The translations under genes were made by a program, and so were the position numbers. The notes below the pieces were generated by a model. That model had not been told where the DNA came from. It saw only the letters and a program-made list of their open reading frames with translations, and did no database searches. 64,000 nucleotides of DNA, from assembly GCA_963665295.1 (NCBI GenBank), contig OY762209.1, positions 5,408,001-5,472,000 on the forward strand, in the 5' to 3' direction. Shown in pieces: positions 1 through 10,344 of the stretch (positions are counted from its first letter, which is position 1; each line of letters starts with the position of its first letter). The DNA is from Syntrophorhabdaceae bacterium (GTDB lineage: Bacteria; Desulfobacterota; Syntrophorhabdia; Syntrophorhabdales; Syntrophorhabdaceae).

Positions 1-236
1 CGCGTCGCTTCGAAACCGTCCATTCCCGGCATATTGATGTCCATAGTGATCACGTCGGGCCGTTGCCGCCCCATCATCTCCATGGCGTCCCTGCCGCCCG
101 CGGCAACGCCCGTCACCTGGATCTCCGGGTCGGAGCCGAGGATGTGGGAAAGGAGCTGCCTGGCCACAGGAGAATCGTCGACTACGAGAACTTTGATCTG
201 AGGGAAATCACCCGCAACGGGCATAGTTCCGGTCAT
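1..236 (-). CDS. cheB: Chemotaxis methylesterase CheB, N-terminal REC part (runs off window)
   Basis: Manual translation from ATG 236 (overlaps cheA stop): IKVLVVDDSPVARQLL...PDVITMDINMPGMDGFEATR, a typical CheB receiver domain; position after cheA. Confidence 0.9.
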   Translation of the reverse strand, partial: MTGTMPVAGDFPQIKVLVVDDSPVARQLLSHILGSDPEIQVTGVAAGGRDAMEMMGRQRPDVITMDINMPGMDGFEAT

Positions 237-2404
237 ACCAGCCTTTTCACGACCTCCAGCAGGTTGCTCTGATCAAAGCTGCTCTTTACGATATACGCAT
301 TGGCGCCCGCGTCTACCCCCCGTTCCCTGTCTTCCATCGATTCAAGGGCAGTGACGAGCACGATGGGAAGGTCCGAGAGCCTTCTGTCCGCCCGTACCTT
401 TGCGGTAAGGTCGAATCCGTTCATCCTGGGCATATCCACGTCCGACACGAGGAGATCATAGCCGCCTTTGGCGAGGACGGAAAAGGCGTCCATTCCGTCA
501 ACGGCGACGGCCACATCGTAGCCCGCCGTTTCAAGGATGCCCTTGAGGAGGGTCCTTGCGGTAATCGAGTCCTCCGCAACGAGAATGCGGACCTTCTTTT
601 CCGTCAAAGCGATATCCGAGCCTCCATAGGAGGGGGAAGCCTTCACCGCGGATTTCGTGAGATCGGCTACATTAAGGATCGGGATAACCTTGCCGCTCCC
701 GAGCACGGTGGCTCCTGAAACATTCCGCACCCTGGAAAGCTGTTTTCCGAGGGGCTTCACCAGCACTTCCTGTTCGTGAAGGACCTCGTCTACCTGGAAG
801 ACCATGCGGTGCGGAGCGGACCCGAGCACTACCACCTGGATAAAAGGGTCTGATGGGTCTTCACGCCCTATCCCCGGCTTCATCTCCAACACATCGGCAA
901 GTCTCACAAGAGAGGCCGCCTGGCCGTCCAGTACCACAGTCTCACGGTTTTCCACAGTCCTCACCGCGTCTTTCCTCACCCGTGTAACCCTTTGCACACT
1001 CGTCGACGGAAGGATGAATTGCTGCCCGTCCACCCTCACCAGGACTCCACGGAACGTGGCCAGTGTAAGGGGGACCAGGAGTCTTATGGTGGAACCCTCG
1101 TCGGGCTGCGATTCTATCTCCACGCCGCCCCCGAGCTTTTCCACTTTTTCTCTGACGATGGCGAGCCCGAGCCCCCGGCCCGAAATATCGGTGACAATGG
1201 GGCTCGTGGTGACTCCCGACCTGAAAACCAGGAGCAGTGCCTCCTTTTCCCCCAGCTTTACCCCTTCCTCACAGGATATGACCCCGTCCTTCTCCGCCGC
1301 AGCCCGGACCCTGGCGGCATTGATGCCCGCCCCGTCGTCGGACACGGCGATCTCAATTCTGCTGTCCCGGGAGGAGATGATGATCTTTATGCTTCCAAAG
1401 CGGGGCTTCCCCTTCCTCTCCCGGTCATGGGGCATTTCCACGCCGTGGTCTATACAGTTTCTCACGAGGTGGATAAGGGGGTCCTTCACTTCCTCCAGCA
1501 CCCTCCGGTCTATCTCAATCTCCCCTCCCCGGATGGTCAGTTCCACTTCTTTCCCCGCTTCTCGGGAAAGGTTCCTCACGAACCCCGGAAACCCCTCGAG
1601 GAGAGATGAAAAAGGCAGCATCAACGTCTTCTTCATGTCGGCAAGAAGGGAATCCACCAGGGTCCCCATGGACCGACGGTCGAGTTCGGCGGCGTGCGTG
1701 AGTTTCGTGAGTATGGGTTCGACAGACTGGGCGAGGTCATCGGACGGACGGCGATGGGAACGGGCCCCCTTCTTCCACTGGTTGAAGACCTCCTTCAGTT
1801 CCTTCAGTTCCTCGACGCGCTCCCCGAAGGCGAGCTTGGCTGAAAGCATCTCTTCCGCCTTGAAGAGGAGGGAGTCAAGTTTTGAAACAGAGATCCGGAT
1901 GGTCCCTGCCTGGGTGACTCCGGGCGCGGGCGGGACCGCAGATTCGGGGGTGGGCCTTCTTGTCTCTTCCGCCTTCCCCTTTTGGGGTCCGGACTTTCCT
2001 CCCCGGGCCACCGCACGGTCAAGCTCGACGATGAGATCCCTGCCGCCCGGCATGCCGGAAGGAGCCTGCTCTCCCCGGAGGGCGAGGGCGCGAGTGAAAT
2101 CGACAGCCCGGTGGAGCAGGTCCAATGTGTCGGGAGAAGGGTCCGCGCCTTTGCGTTTGAACGCGGAAAAGACGTTCTCCATGGCCTGGCAGACGGACAC
2201 GATTTCCCCGAGGTTCACGGACCGGGCCGCTCCTTTCAGGCTGTGGGATTCGCGGAACACGTTTTCCACCACCTCGGCCTGCCTCTTCGGGTCGCCTTTC
2301 TCGATCTCCAGGAGACCTTCAGCGATCGCGGTAAGGTGCTCCTCCGCTTCGATCTTGAAAGTGGAAAGGAGCCTCTTCAGAAACTCCTCGTCCCTCACGT
2401 CCAT
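233..2404 (-). CDS. cheA: Hybrid CheA-REC histidine kinase (WspE/FrzE-like)
   Basis: Hpt motif FRESHSLKGAA, HLVRNCIDHG, DDGAG, SGRGLGL, CheW domain, C-terminal REC (SDVDMP). Confidence 0.95.
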   Translation of the reverse strand: MDVRDEEFLKRLLSTFKIEAEEHLTAIAEGLLEIEKGDPKRQAEVVENVFRESHSLKGAARSVNLGEIVSVCQAMENVFSAFKRKGADPSPDTLDLLHRAVDFTRALALRGEQAPSGMPGGRDLIVELDRAVARGGKSGPQKGKAEETRRPTPESAVPPAPGVTQAGTIRISVSKLDSLLFKAEEMLSAKLAFGERVEELKELKEVFNQWKKGARSHRRPSDDLAQSVEPILTKLTHAAELDRRSMGTLVDSLLADMKKTLMLPFSSLLEGFPGFVRNLSREAGKEVELTIRGGEIEIDRRVLEEVKDPLIHLVRNCIDHGVEMPHDRERKGKPRFGSIKIIISSRDSRIEIAVSDDGAGINAARVRAAAEKDGVISCEEGVKLGEKEALLLVFRSGVTTSPIVTDISGRGLGLAIVREKVEKLGGGVEIESQPDEGSTIRLLVPLTLATFRGVLVRVDGQQFILPSTSVQRVTRVRKDAVRTVENRETVVLDGQAASLVRLADVLEMKPGIGREDPSDPFIQVVVLGSAPHRMVFQVDEVLHEQEVLVKPLGKQLSRVRNVSGATVLGSGKVIPILNVADLTKSAVKASPSYGGSDIALTEKKVRILVAEDSITARTLLKGILETAGYDVAVAVDGMDAFSVLAKGGYDLLVSDVDMPRMNGFDLTAKVRADRRLSDLPIVLVTALESMEDRERGVDAGANAYIVKSSFDQSNLLEVVKRLV

Positions 2405-2450
2405 TCCCGTCCCTCAATATGCACCCTATGGTCGCCTGGCCGTCCTGCCT

Positions 2451-4127
2451 TCATACTTCGTACCGTTCCACCATCTTCTTCAGTTTCTGTCCCAGTTCGT
2501 TCAAGTCGTGGGCCGCTCTTTCAGCCTGTCTCGTGCCCGACACGTTCTGCTGGGCCGCCGTCTTGATATTCTCCATGGCCAATGCGATCTGGTCCATGCC
2601 GGCAAACTGCTGCTGGCTTGACGCCGCGATCTGGGTGGCTGCCCGCGCCGATTCCGCGATGCTCTCCGCAAGCCTCCTTATGGATTCCCCGGACTCAGCC
2701 GCCTGCTTCACGCTCCCGTCTACCGCCTTGCTCACCTGTTCCGCCGCGAGCACGGACGCGCTGGTCGCCCGCTGTATATCGCCCAGGATGGCTCTCACCT
2801 GGGCCGTCGCCTGCTTCGACTGGTCCGCGAGGCTCCTGATCTCCTGGGCCACCACGGAGAAGCCTTTTCCCTGTTCCCCGGCCTTCGCCGCTTCTATGGC
2901 GGCGTTCACGGACAACAGGTTCGACTGCTGCGCGAGGTCGTTCACCACCGAGATGATCTCCCCGATGGCCTGTGTCTGCTCGCTCAGCCTCACGATGCTC
3001 TCCCCCACGGTTTCCATCAGTTCCCTGATATGGCCTGTTCCTTCCACGGTCTTTGCCACCGCCTCATTGCCCTGCTGGGCGACGGAAGCGGCCTTCTGAG
3101 CGCCCTCGGAGACGCTCCTCGACTTCTCCGCCGAAAGCTGGGCAGTCTGTTTGACTTCCTCCACCGTCGTCGTGGTCTCACTCACCGATGCGGCCGTTTC
3201 CGATGACACGGTAGCCAACTCGGTGGTAAGGGCGAGGATTTCCGCCACGGAAGACGCAAGCATGGTCGCCGCATCCTGCACCTGCTGGTTCAATGCCCGG
3301 AGGTTCTCCTCAGCCTGTTTGCGCTCCGTAATATCCCGGGCCGCGGCAAAGACACCCAGGATATTCCCCTCCGCGTCCTTGTATACCGATGCATTGTAAA
3401 GGACATGGGTCAGCTTTCCGGTCGAATGCCTGATGGTGAGAGGGTAATCGGTGACGAAGCCCCGCTCGAAGACCTGCCTGTATCCGTCGCTCGCCTTCTC
3501 CGGCTCGGTGAAGTAGTTTGAAAAATCCGTGCCTATGAGCCTCTCCCGGGCGACGCCGGTAACCCGTATGGTCGCCTCGTTGACGTCGGTGATCTTTCCC
3601 TCTGCACTGATGGTCACGAGGGGGTCAAGACTCGCTTCGATCAGGCTCCGGGCGTACTGGGAGGCCCGTCTCTGTTCGGTCACATCCCGGGCCGCGGCAA
3701 AGACACCCAGGATATTCCCCTCCGCGTCCTTGTATACCGATGCATTGTAAAGGACATGGGTCAGCTTTCCGGTCGCATGCCTGATGGTGAGAGGGTAATC
3801 GGTGACGAAGCCCCGCTCGAAGACCTGCCTGTATCCGTCGCTCGCCTTCTCCGGCTCGGTGAAGTAGTTTGAAAAATCCGTGCCTATGAGCCTCTCCCGG
3901 GCGACGCCGGTAACCCGTATGGTCGCCTCGTTGACGTCGGTGATCTTTCCCTCTGCACTGATGGTCACGAGGGGGTCAAGACTCGCTTCGATCAGGCTCC
4001 GGGCGTACTGGGAGGCCCGCCGGAGTTCCTCCTCCAGTTTGCCCGCGCTCATTCCCTGCGAGTTGGTGGTGGGTGAAGAAGCCTGTCCGGTCTTTTCCGG
4101 CGCCAGGAGATCTCGAAACAGTTTCAT
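2451..4127 (-). CDS. Cytoplasmic methyl-accepting chemotaxis protein with two PAS domains
   Basis: Two PAS-PAC repeats, MCP signalling motif NLLSVNAAIEAAKAGEQGKGFSVVAQEIR, no TM segment. Confidence 0.93.
   Translation of the reverse strand: MKLFRDLLAPEKTGQASSPTTNSQGMSAGKLEEELRRASQYARSLIEASLDPLVTISAEGKITDVNEATIRVTGVARERLIGTDFSNYFTEPEKASDGYRQVFERGFVTDYPLTIRHATGKLTHVLYNASVYKDAEGNILGVFAAARDVTEQRRASQYARSLIEASLDPLVTISAEGKITDVNEATIRVTGVARERLIGTDFSNYFTEPEKASDGYRQVFERGFVTDYPLTIRHSTGKLTHVLYNASVYKDAEGNILGVFAAARDITERKQAEENLRALNQQVQDAATMLASSVAEILALTTELATVSSETAASVSETTTTVEEVKQTAQLSAEKSRSVSEGAQKAASVAQQGNEAVAKTVEGTGHIRELMETVGESIVRLSEQTQAIGEIISVVNDLAQQSNLLSVNAAIEAAKAGEQGKGFSVVAQEIRSLADQSKQATAQVRAILGDIQRATSASVLAAEQVSKAVDGSVKQAAESGESIRRLAESIAESARAATQIAASSQQQFAGMDQIALAMENIKTAAQQNVSGTRQAERAAHDLNELGQKLKKMVERYEV
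3333..4019. repeat. Tandem intragenic duplication, 336-bp units (3333-3668 and 3684-4019), period 351 bp
   Basis: Direct comparison; the only mismatch seen is 3425 A vs 3776 C. Confidence 0.93.
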
Positions 4128-4145
4128 TGTGCAGCCTCCTTATAA

Positions 4146-4747
4146 TCATACATCCTCGTGGATAATGAGATTCTTGTCCGCCAGGAGCTTCCTTGCGTCC
4201 AGAACCGCCGTCCGCCCCGTCGTGACTCCAAAGAGAAATTCCTCGCGAATCCCCACGAGCGTGGGGAGGGGGGGCTGAATCTCCCTGAGAGGGATGGCGC
4301 GCACATGGAGTATGGAATCGGCGAGGATGCCGAATTCCATCGTGCCGTCATGGATGACAATCACCTTGTTGAGGTCGGTAATGCCCTGACCGGGCATGTC
4401 GAAAAATTTCCTGATATCGATGACGGATATGATCTGTCCTCTCAGGTTTACGAGGCCCAGGACAAAAGGGGGGGCGTGCACGGCACCGGTGTGTAATCCC
4501 TGATGGGATACACCTCGCGGACGTAGCTTGTCTCTATGCCGTATTGTTCCCCGCCAAGAAGAAACTCGACCACTTCAATACAGTCTTCCACTTTTGTCTC
4601 TTCGGGCTCCCTCGCGAGCCTTTCCGCCCGTGCCCTGAGGACCGCTTCCCGATCCAACCTCGCCGGCGAGTCTCCCTTTTCTATCCCTTCCCCGACTCGT
4701 TCCAAATGCTCACGGATCGCCTTCCAATCGATCTTCTCCGTGCTCAT
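4146..4747 (-). pseudogene. cheW: CheW protein split by a frameshift at a C7 homopolymer
   Basis: ORF 4448..4747 (EVVEFLLGGEQYGIE...PVPCTPP) continues in another frame as 4146..4481 (PPFVLGLVNLRGQIISVID); junction at G7 4468-4474. Confidence 0.85.
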
Positions 4748-6252
4748 GAATTACGTCTTCCCCCTGTCCGTCTTATTGTCTCGATTATCTCCGCGAGTCT
4801 CCCCGCGCTGATGCCTTCAGATTCGGGCAAAGTATCCGCCTCCCCGTAGGACTTGAGGAGGAGGGTTGCGTTCTCGAAGCACTTTTCCGCTTCTTCAGGC
4901 TTGCCCTGCCGGCACATCAGAGATCCGAGGGCGAAATGGGCAAGGACGAAGTCGCGGTCCACATAGATGGCCCGTCTGAAGGACGCGGCGGCTTCGGTGG
5001 TTCTGCCGATCTCGTTAAGGATAGTCCCTTTAAGAAAGTACAGGGACCGGCTGAGCTTGTTCCTGTCGATCGCCTTTTGACACAACTCCAGCGCCTCCGG
5101 CAGCCGGCCCCGGTCCGCAGCCGACCTTGCCTCAAAGGCGAGATCGGAAAGAGCGCCTTGGGGCTCAGGAGTCGCAACTTTGGTGACAGGCCTCGCAAAA
5201 ACGACAGTTTCAACCGGGTCGGCCGAGGTTGCCGCCATGCTGCCCGCGGGTGTGTCGCCCACGGTCTTCGTCTTATGGGGCCGGATATCCTTCAACGGGT
5301 CCATCTTCCCCGGTTCGTCTTCTTCCGCGGGAGCGACCGCTTCCTTCGCCCCTGTCTTCCTGTAAAGGGTGGCCTGCGGAAACCTCACGCCTTTGAAGGG
5401 CGACAATATCCCCTGAGACCCCTCGATGGGATTGATGACGAGCCATCCGTCGTCCACGAGGGACATGGAAAATTGCCGGGCGACCCTCTTCGCCCGCTCG
5501 CGTGAGAAATACATGAGCACGTTGCGGCAAAAGATGATATCCATGGCGCTTGTATTGTTCACAAGGGAGGGATACGGGTCGTGGGCGAGGTTGTGGTAGG
5601 AGAAGGTAACCATCTTCTTGATGCGGCGGACGATCTCGAAACCCTTCTTCGTCTTTGTGAAGTAGCCTTCCCGCACCCACTCCGGCGTATCGCGAAAAGA
5701 CCACGGGCTGTATATGCCTTTCGCCGCCTTCTCGAGCGATCGGGGGTTGATGTCCGTCGCGAGGAGGGTGACGTGCCGGCCCGCAGGTTCCGGAAGAATT
5801 TTGTCGAGCAATATGGCGATGGAGTAAGGTTCCTCTCCGGTGGAACAGCCTGCGCTCCAGATCCTTATCCTCCTGTCTTCCTTTTTCCTCAAGCGGATAA
5901 TCTCGGGGACTATTGCCTCCGCCACGGTATCGAGGCTCCCCGCGTCCCTGAAGAAATACGTCTCCCCCACGGTGATGTTGGCGGCGAGGGCTTCAATCCC
6001 GGTTTGAGATGAGGGTGACGACAGGAGTCGCCCTACATATGATGCGGTATCGTCATATCCGGCCTCCCGGGCGGTATCACGTACATGTCTTTCCAGATCT
6101 GCGTGTCGTTCCCCGGGAAAAGCAAGGCCCATTTTTTCTTCGATGAACCGGCTGAGACGGAGGAGGAGTGCGGGGGGAAGCTTGTGGGACCCTTCTTCCG
6201 GAGAGGGGTTTTCACCGTTCCTTCCGGATTCTCTTTGCAGCCTATGCGTCAT
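4744..6252 (-). CDS. cheR: CheR methyltransferase with C-terminal TPR (WspC/FrzF-like)
   Basis: ETYFFRD, IWSAGCSTGEEPYS, DIIFCRNVLMYF, TPR-like C-terminus; ATG 6252 chosen because it overlaps the end of the upstream cheW. Confidence 0.93.
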   Translation of the reverse strand: MTHRLQRESGRNGENPSPEEGSHKLPPALLLRLSRFIEEKMGLAFPGERHADLERHVRDTAREAGYDDTASYVGRLLSSPSSQTGIEALAANITVGETYFFRDAGSLDTVAEAIVPEIIRLRKKEDRRIRIWSAGCSTGEEPYSIAILLDKILPEPAGRHVTLLATDINPRSLEKAAKGIYSPWSFRDTPEWVREGYFTKTKKGFEIVRRIKKMVTFSYHNLAHDPYPSLVNNTSAMDIIFCRNVLMYFSRERAKRVARQFSMSLVDDGWLVINPIEGSQGILSPFKGVRFPQATLYRKTGAKEAVAPAEEDEPGKMDPLKDIRPHKTKTVGDTPAGSMAATSADPVETVVFARPVTKVATPEPQGALSDLAFEARSAADRGRLPEALELCQKAIDRNKLSRSLYFLKGTILNEIGRTTEAAASFRRAIYVDRDFVLAHFALGSLMCRQGKPEEAEKCFENATLLLKSYGEADTLPESEGISAGRLAEIIETIRRTGGRRNS

Positions 6253-6733
6253 GACCGCCTGCGTCGGGTTGCCCGGGATAAAGGACGAGGAGCCGGTCCA
6301 TGGCCGCTTCCTCGTCAAGAGACAGAAACTTGTCGAGGTCGTAAATATACACGATACCGCCTTTCAATTTCACCACGCCTTCGAGGCACTCTATCCCCGG
6401 GAAAAGTTCTTCCGACGGGGTCATGTCTCCGTCCTCCAATCCGGCTACTCCTTCGGCGTCGTCCACGAGAATCGCGACACGACGTCTTGACGTGCGGGCA
6501 ATGAGCATCTGGTCGTCAAGGCCCATCTCCGCCTCGGGAAGCCCCAGGAGCCTGCGGACGCTGAGCACAGGGACCGCCTGGCCGCACACGTTGATAAGGC
6601 CCATCACAATGGAAGGTGCTTTCGGCAACGGCGATATTTCGACGGCCCGGACTACTCTCTCAACCCTTGAAAGAGGCAGGGCGCAACGCTGCCGGGAAAG
6701 AGTGAAGACAAGCAATCGGTCGATTCCGTTCAT
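6242..6733 (-). CDS. cheW: CheW coupling protein
   Basis: PLPKAPSIVMGLINVCGQAVPV and ILVDDAEGV motifs; first gene of the che operon. Confidence 0.9.
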   Translation of the reverse strand: MNGIDRLLVFTLSRQRCALPLSRVERVVRAVEISPLPKAPSIVMGLINVCGQAVPVLSVRRLLGLPEAEMGLDDQMLIARTSRRRVAILVDDAEGVAGLEDGDMTPSEELFPGIECLEGVVKLKGGIVYIYDLDKFLSLDEEAAMDRLLVLYPGQPDAGGHDA

Positions 6734-6795
6734 ATCTCCTCTTCATGAATATACCACACCTGCGAGAGATGCGCACGCCCGGGAGCCTGTCTCTG

Positions 6796-9225
6796 CTAGC
6801 TTTCTTCGCGAGCCTTGGACACGAGGTCCTCGCCTTCTTTTTCCTTCTTCTTTTCCAGGGCCTCCGAAATCTCCGTAAGTCTTTTCATTACAAGGTAATT
6901 GACCGTTCCCTCCGGATAAGTCCCGTCTTCCTGCAACTCTCCCGCGCTCATACCTGTAAGTATCTCCAGGCCCTCCTCCATCTTGTCGATAGTGTATATG
7001 GAGAATTGGCCCGCCTTTACCGCTTCCATGATGTCTTCCCGGAGCATCAGATTCTTCCGGTTCCGCTTCGGTATGATCACCCCGTTGCTGCCGTCGAGGC
7101 CCCTGATCCTGCACAGGTCGAAGAACCCTTCTATCTTCTGGTTTACCCCGCCTATAGGCTGAACATCGCCGTTCTGGTCCATGGAGCCGGTCACCGCGAA
7201 GCTCTGCTTCAAAGGTACGCCGGAAATGCTGGAGAGAAGGGCATAGAGTTCCGCGCACGTGGCGCTGTCGCCCTCGATCATTTCGTAGAGCTGTTCGAAG
7301 GTGATGAACGCGGAGAGGCTTATGGGACTCTTCACCGCATATTTGGCCCCGAGGTAGCTCGATATGATGAAGATCGCCTTTTCGTGGATCTTCCCGCTCA
7401 TTTTGGTCTCCCGCTCGATGTTGACGATACCGGCCCTTCCCGTATAGGTCCTCGCCGTTATCCTCGATGGTTTCCCGAAAGCGTAATCCCCGAGGTCAAG
7501 GACAGCGAGACCATTGATCTGGCCGACCTTCTCCTTTACCGTATCGATGATAAGGGTATCTTCGAGGGTCATTTCCCTGATCCTCTCCTCGACCCGGTTC
7601 ACACGGTACACCTTCTCGGTCACTGCGGTGGTCACGTGCTCCGCCTTTATTACGTCGCTCTTCGCCTTCTTCGCCCAGTAATGGGCTTCACGGATCAGGT
7701 CGTGCACATCGCTGAACCTTGTGGAAAGCTTGTCCTGGCTGTCCGCGAATCGGGAGCTGTATTCTATGATCCTGGCCACCCCGGTCCTGTCGACGGGGAG
7801 GAGGTTCTCCTTCTTCTGGCACTCAGCCACAAAACCTGCGTACTTTTGCATGTTTTCGGCGGTGCGCTCCATCCTGCTGTCGAAATCGGCCTTCACCTTG
7901 AACAACTCCCTCGATTCCGCGTCAACGCTGTAAAGGAGATAGTAGATGTAAGGGCTGCCGGTGAGAATCACCTTGGTGTTAAGGGGGATGGACTCGGGCT
8001 TCAGCGATGCGGTGCTGATCAGCCGGTATTGTTCGAGCACGTCTTCTATCTTGATCTCCCTGTTCTTCATGGCCCTTTTCAGGGCGTCGTAAGAAAAGGC
8101 GTTCTTGAAAAGCTCCATGCTGTCTATAACCAGGTACCCGCCGTTTGCCCTGTGCATGGACCCCGCTTTTATGAGGGTGAAATCGGTGGAAGCCATACCG
8201 TAGGTAACCTTGTATTCTATCTTTCCGAAGAGGTTCAGGTACGTGGGGTTACTCTCGAAGACCACGGGGGCCCCTTTTATATCACCGTTATTCACAATCA
8301 CGTTGACCGCATATTTCAGGAAGGATGTCTCCTGTTTGGGCATCTTCAGGAAGGGCATGGGGGAAGGCTGCTCCTCGGTAGTCTTGAATTCATCAAGATG
8401 AGAGAGTATCTCCTCTTTTGCGTTGTCGAGGTAGGCGACAATCTTTTCCCTGTCCCCGTACTTGCCCTTCAGCGTTTCAATGAAGGGGCCGACGAGATCG
8501 AGACCCATCATCCTCTCAAGTTTGGTAAGCATATCCCTGACGAGCTTTTCCGCTTCCCTCAGTATCCTCACCACATCATTGAGCTTCTCCTGGAGCATCT
8601 TGCCTGTTTCTTCCATCTTCCTTCGCGCCTTCTCGTCCATGGCGTCGAACTCTTCCTTCGAAAGGATCTCGCCGTTCTCCTTCAGGGGCACGATAAGGAC
8701 GCCGCCCGGGCCCCTCTTGACGCTGAAGCCTTTCTCTTTGGCCTCTTCGTCGAGCCTGGACAGGTATTCGGTCTGCTTCTGCTGGAATTCATCGATGATT
8801 TTGCTTCTCTGCATCTCATATTCTTTTGTTTCAAAGGCCTTGGGGATCTCGATCCTCAGGGTGTTGATGAGGTCCTGCATCTCTTTCTGGAAAACCACGC
8901 CCTGACCGGGATCGAGGGATACGGCGATGGCCATGTCGGGGTCTTTGAAATTATAGACGTAACACCAGTCTTCCGGCGTCTTTTCCTCGGCTGCCTTTTC
9001 GTTGAGAAGGGTGGTGACGGTGGTCATCTTGCCTGTTCCGCTCTCCCCGAGGGCAAAGATGTTGAATCCGTCGCTATCTATGCTGAGACCGAAATCGAGG
9101 GCCTTCAATGCCTTTTCCTGGCCGATGGTCCCTCCGAAGTCTCCAATCTCCTGGGTTGTATTGAATTTGAACATTTCAGGATCGCATTTCTTGTATACAT
9201 CTTCCGGCTGTAATTTCGTGATCAT
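6796..9225 (-). CDS. Lon-family protease (AAA-like domain plus Lon_C)
   Basis: GESGTGK, ANGGYLVI, catalytic Ser in IEGDSA and Lys in IGGVNQKIEGFF. Confidence 0.92.
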   Translation of the reverse strand: MITKLQPEDVYKKCDPEMFKFNTTQEIGDFGGTIGQEKALKALDFGLSIDSDGFNIFALGESGTGKMTTVTTLLNEKAAEEKTPEDWCYVYNFKDPDMAIAVSLDPGQGVVFQKEMQDLINTLRIEIPKAFETKEYEMQRSKIIDEFQQKQTEYLSRLDEEAKEKGFSVKRGPGGVLIVPLKENGEILSKEEFDAMDEKARRKMEETGKMLQEKLNDVVRILREAEKLVRDMLTKLERMMGLDLVGPFIETLKGKYGDREKIVAYLDNAKEEILSHLDEFKTTEEQPSPMPFLKMPKQETSFLKYAVNVIVNNGDIKGAPVVFESNPTYLNLFGKIEYKVTYGMASTDFTLIKAGSMHRANGGYLVIDSMELFKNAFSYDALKRAMKNREIKIEDVLEQYRLISTASLKPESIPLNTKVILTGSPYIYYLLYSVDAESRELFKVKADFDSRMERTAENMQKYAGFVAECQKKENLLPVDRTGVARIIEYSSRFADSQDKLSTRFSDVHDLIREAHYWAKKAKSDVIKAEHVTTAVTEKVYRVNRVEERIREMTLEDTLIIDTVKEKVGQINGLAVLDLGDYAFGKPSRITARTYTGRAGIVNIERETKMSGKIHEKAIFIISSYLGAKYAVKSPISLSAFITFEQLYEMIEGDSATCAELYALLSSISGVPLKQSFAVTGSMDQNGDVQPIGGVNQKIEGFFDLCRIRGLDGSNGVIIPKRNRKNLMLREDIMEAVKAGQFSIYTIDKMEEGLEILTGMSAGELQEDGTYPEGTVNYLVMKRLTEISEALEKKKEKEGEDLVSKAREES

Positions 9226-9361
9226 CTATGCCTCCTCCTTTCTTATCCCCCTGCGGGCCTGTTCCTGGATGTAAGCACCACCCGGTTCCACCTCCTATTT
9301 AATCTAATACGTCTCCGGGTGAACCACCACATGTTTCCGCCGATATATTCTTTTTTTGTAA

Positions 9362-10123
9362 TCACCTCATCCAACTCCCGCCGGTCACGCATATGGTCTG
9401 GCCGGTCACATACTCCCCTTCGTCGGAGACGAGAAAGACAACCGTATTCGCCACGTCCTCCGGGGTGCCCTTGCGGGGGTAAGGTATATTCTCATACATG
9501 CGCTCTATCTCTTCTTCAGGGTAAAGATGGGGAATGAACTCGTTGTAGATGAAACTCGGGGCTATCGTGTTGGCCGTGATAAAGTGAGGGGCGGCTTCCA
9601 TGGCAAGGCACCTCGTGAAGGCCATCACTCCTGCCTTGGCCGCGGCATAATGGGCGTGCCCTGCCTTGAGTCCCATAAAACCGGCCACCGATGTGATGCT
9701 CACTATACGTCCCGAGTTCTGTTTCATCATGGAAGGCAGTACGGCCCTGCAGCAGTAGAAGGTCCCCCGGAGGGACGTGTTGATTACGATGTCCCACATT
9801 TCATCCGTCATGTCAACTACCTGGGAGGGCCGGTTCGTGCCTGCGTTGTTTATGAGAATGTCGATACGCCCGAACCTTTCCCCCACGGCGAGGACCATCT
9901 TCTCCACGTCGCCCCTGTCCGTTACATCGCACTTGAGACCAAGGGTCTTTACCCCGAATTCGCTCCCGATCGCCTCCGCCACTCCGGCGGACCTTTCCTC
10001 GTGAGCGTCGGTAATGACCACGTGGGCCCCTTCCCTCGCAAGCGCCCTGGCAGTACCCTGCCCGATGCCCGCGCCCGCCGCCGCGGTGACTATTGCTACT
10101 TTATCCTTCAGCCTCATGCTCAT
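9362..10123 (-). CDS. Short-chain dehydrogenase/reductase (FabG-like)
   Basis: TAAAGAGIG, NNAG, YAAAK, YVTGQTICVTGG. Confidence 0.93.
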   Translation of the reverse strand: MSMRLKDKVAIVTAAAGAGIGQGTARALAREGAHVVITDAHEERSAGVAEAIGSEFGVKTLGLKCDVTDRGDVEKMVLAVGERFGRIDILINNAGTNRPSQVVDMTDEMWDIVINTSLRGTFYCCRAVLPSMMKQNSGRIVSITSVAGFMGLKAGHAHYAAAKAGVMAFTRCLAMEAAPHFITANTIAPSFIYNEFIPHLYPEEEIERMYENIPYPRKGTPEDVANTVVFLVSDEGEYVTGQTICVTGGSWMR

Positions 10124-10280
10124 TTCCTCCCTTTCATTTTAATCATACAAAAACCTCCCGGGCGACTCAAGAAGAAAACGTGCCCCGGTCCTTCCCGGGA
10201 GCCGGGCCGTCGCAAAGCATGAGACAGATGTAAGGTCCCGGGAGGCATTTCGATCCGGCATTTCAAAATGGAGGGAATGG

Positions 10281-10320
10281 AAAAGGATGTCCCCCGGAAA
10301 ACTCCGGGGGATATCCTTTT
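10281..10320. terminator. Intrinsic terminator downstream of the phosphoesterase gene (symmetric)
   Basis: AAAAGGATGTCCCCCGGA-AAAC-TCCGGGGGATATCCTTTT inverted repeat. Confidence 0.75.
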
Positions 10321-10344
10321 AACGCCTGGGTAAAGATTTGACTA

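Noticed and set aside
804..9213. Long plus-strand ORFs (804..2621, 6745..9213 and similar)
   Set aside because: Antisense shadows of cheA and the Lon protease in GC-rich DNA; no motifs or RBS.
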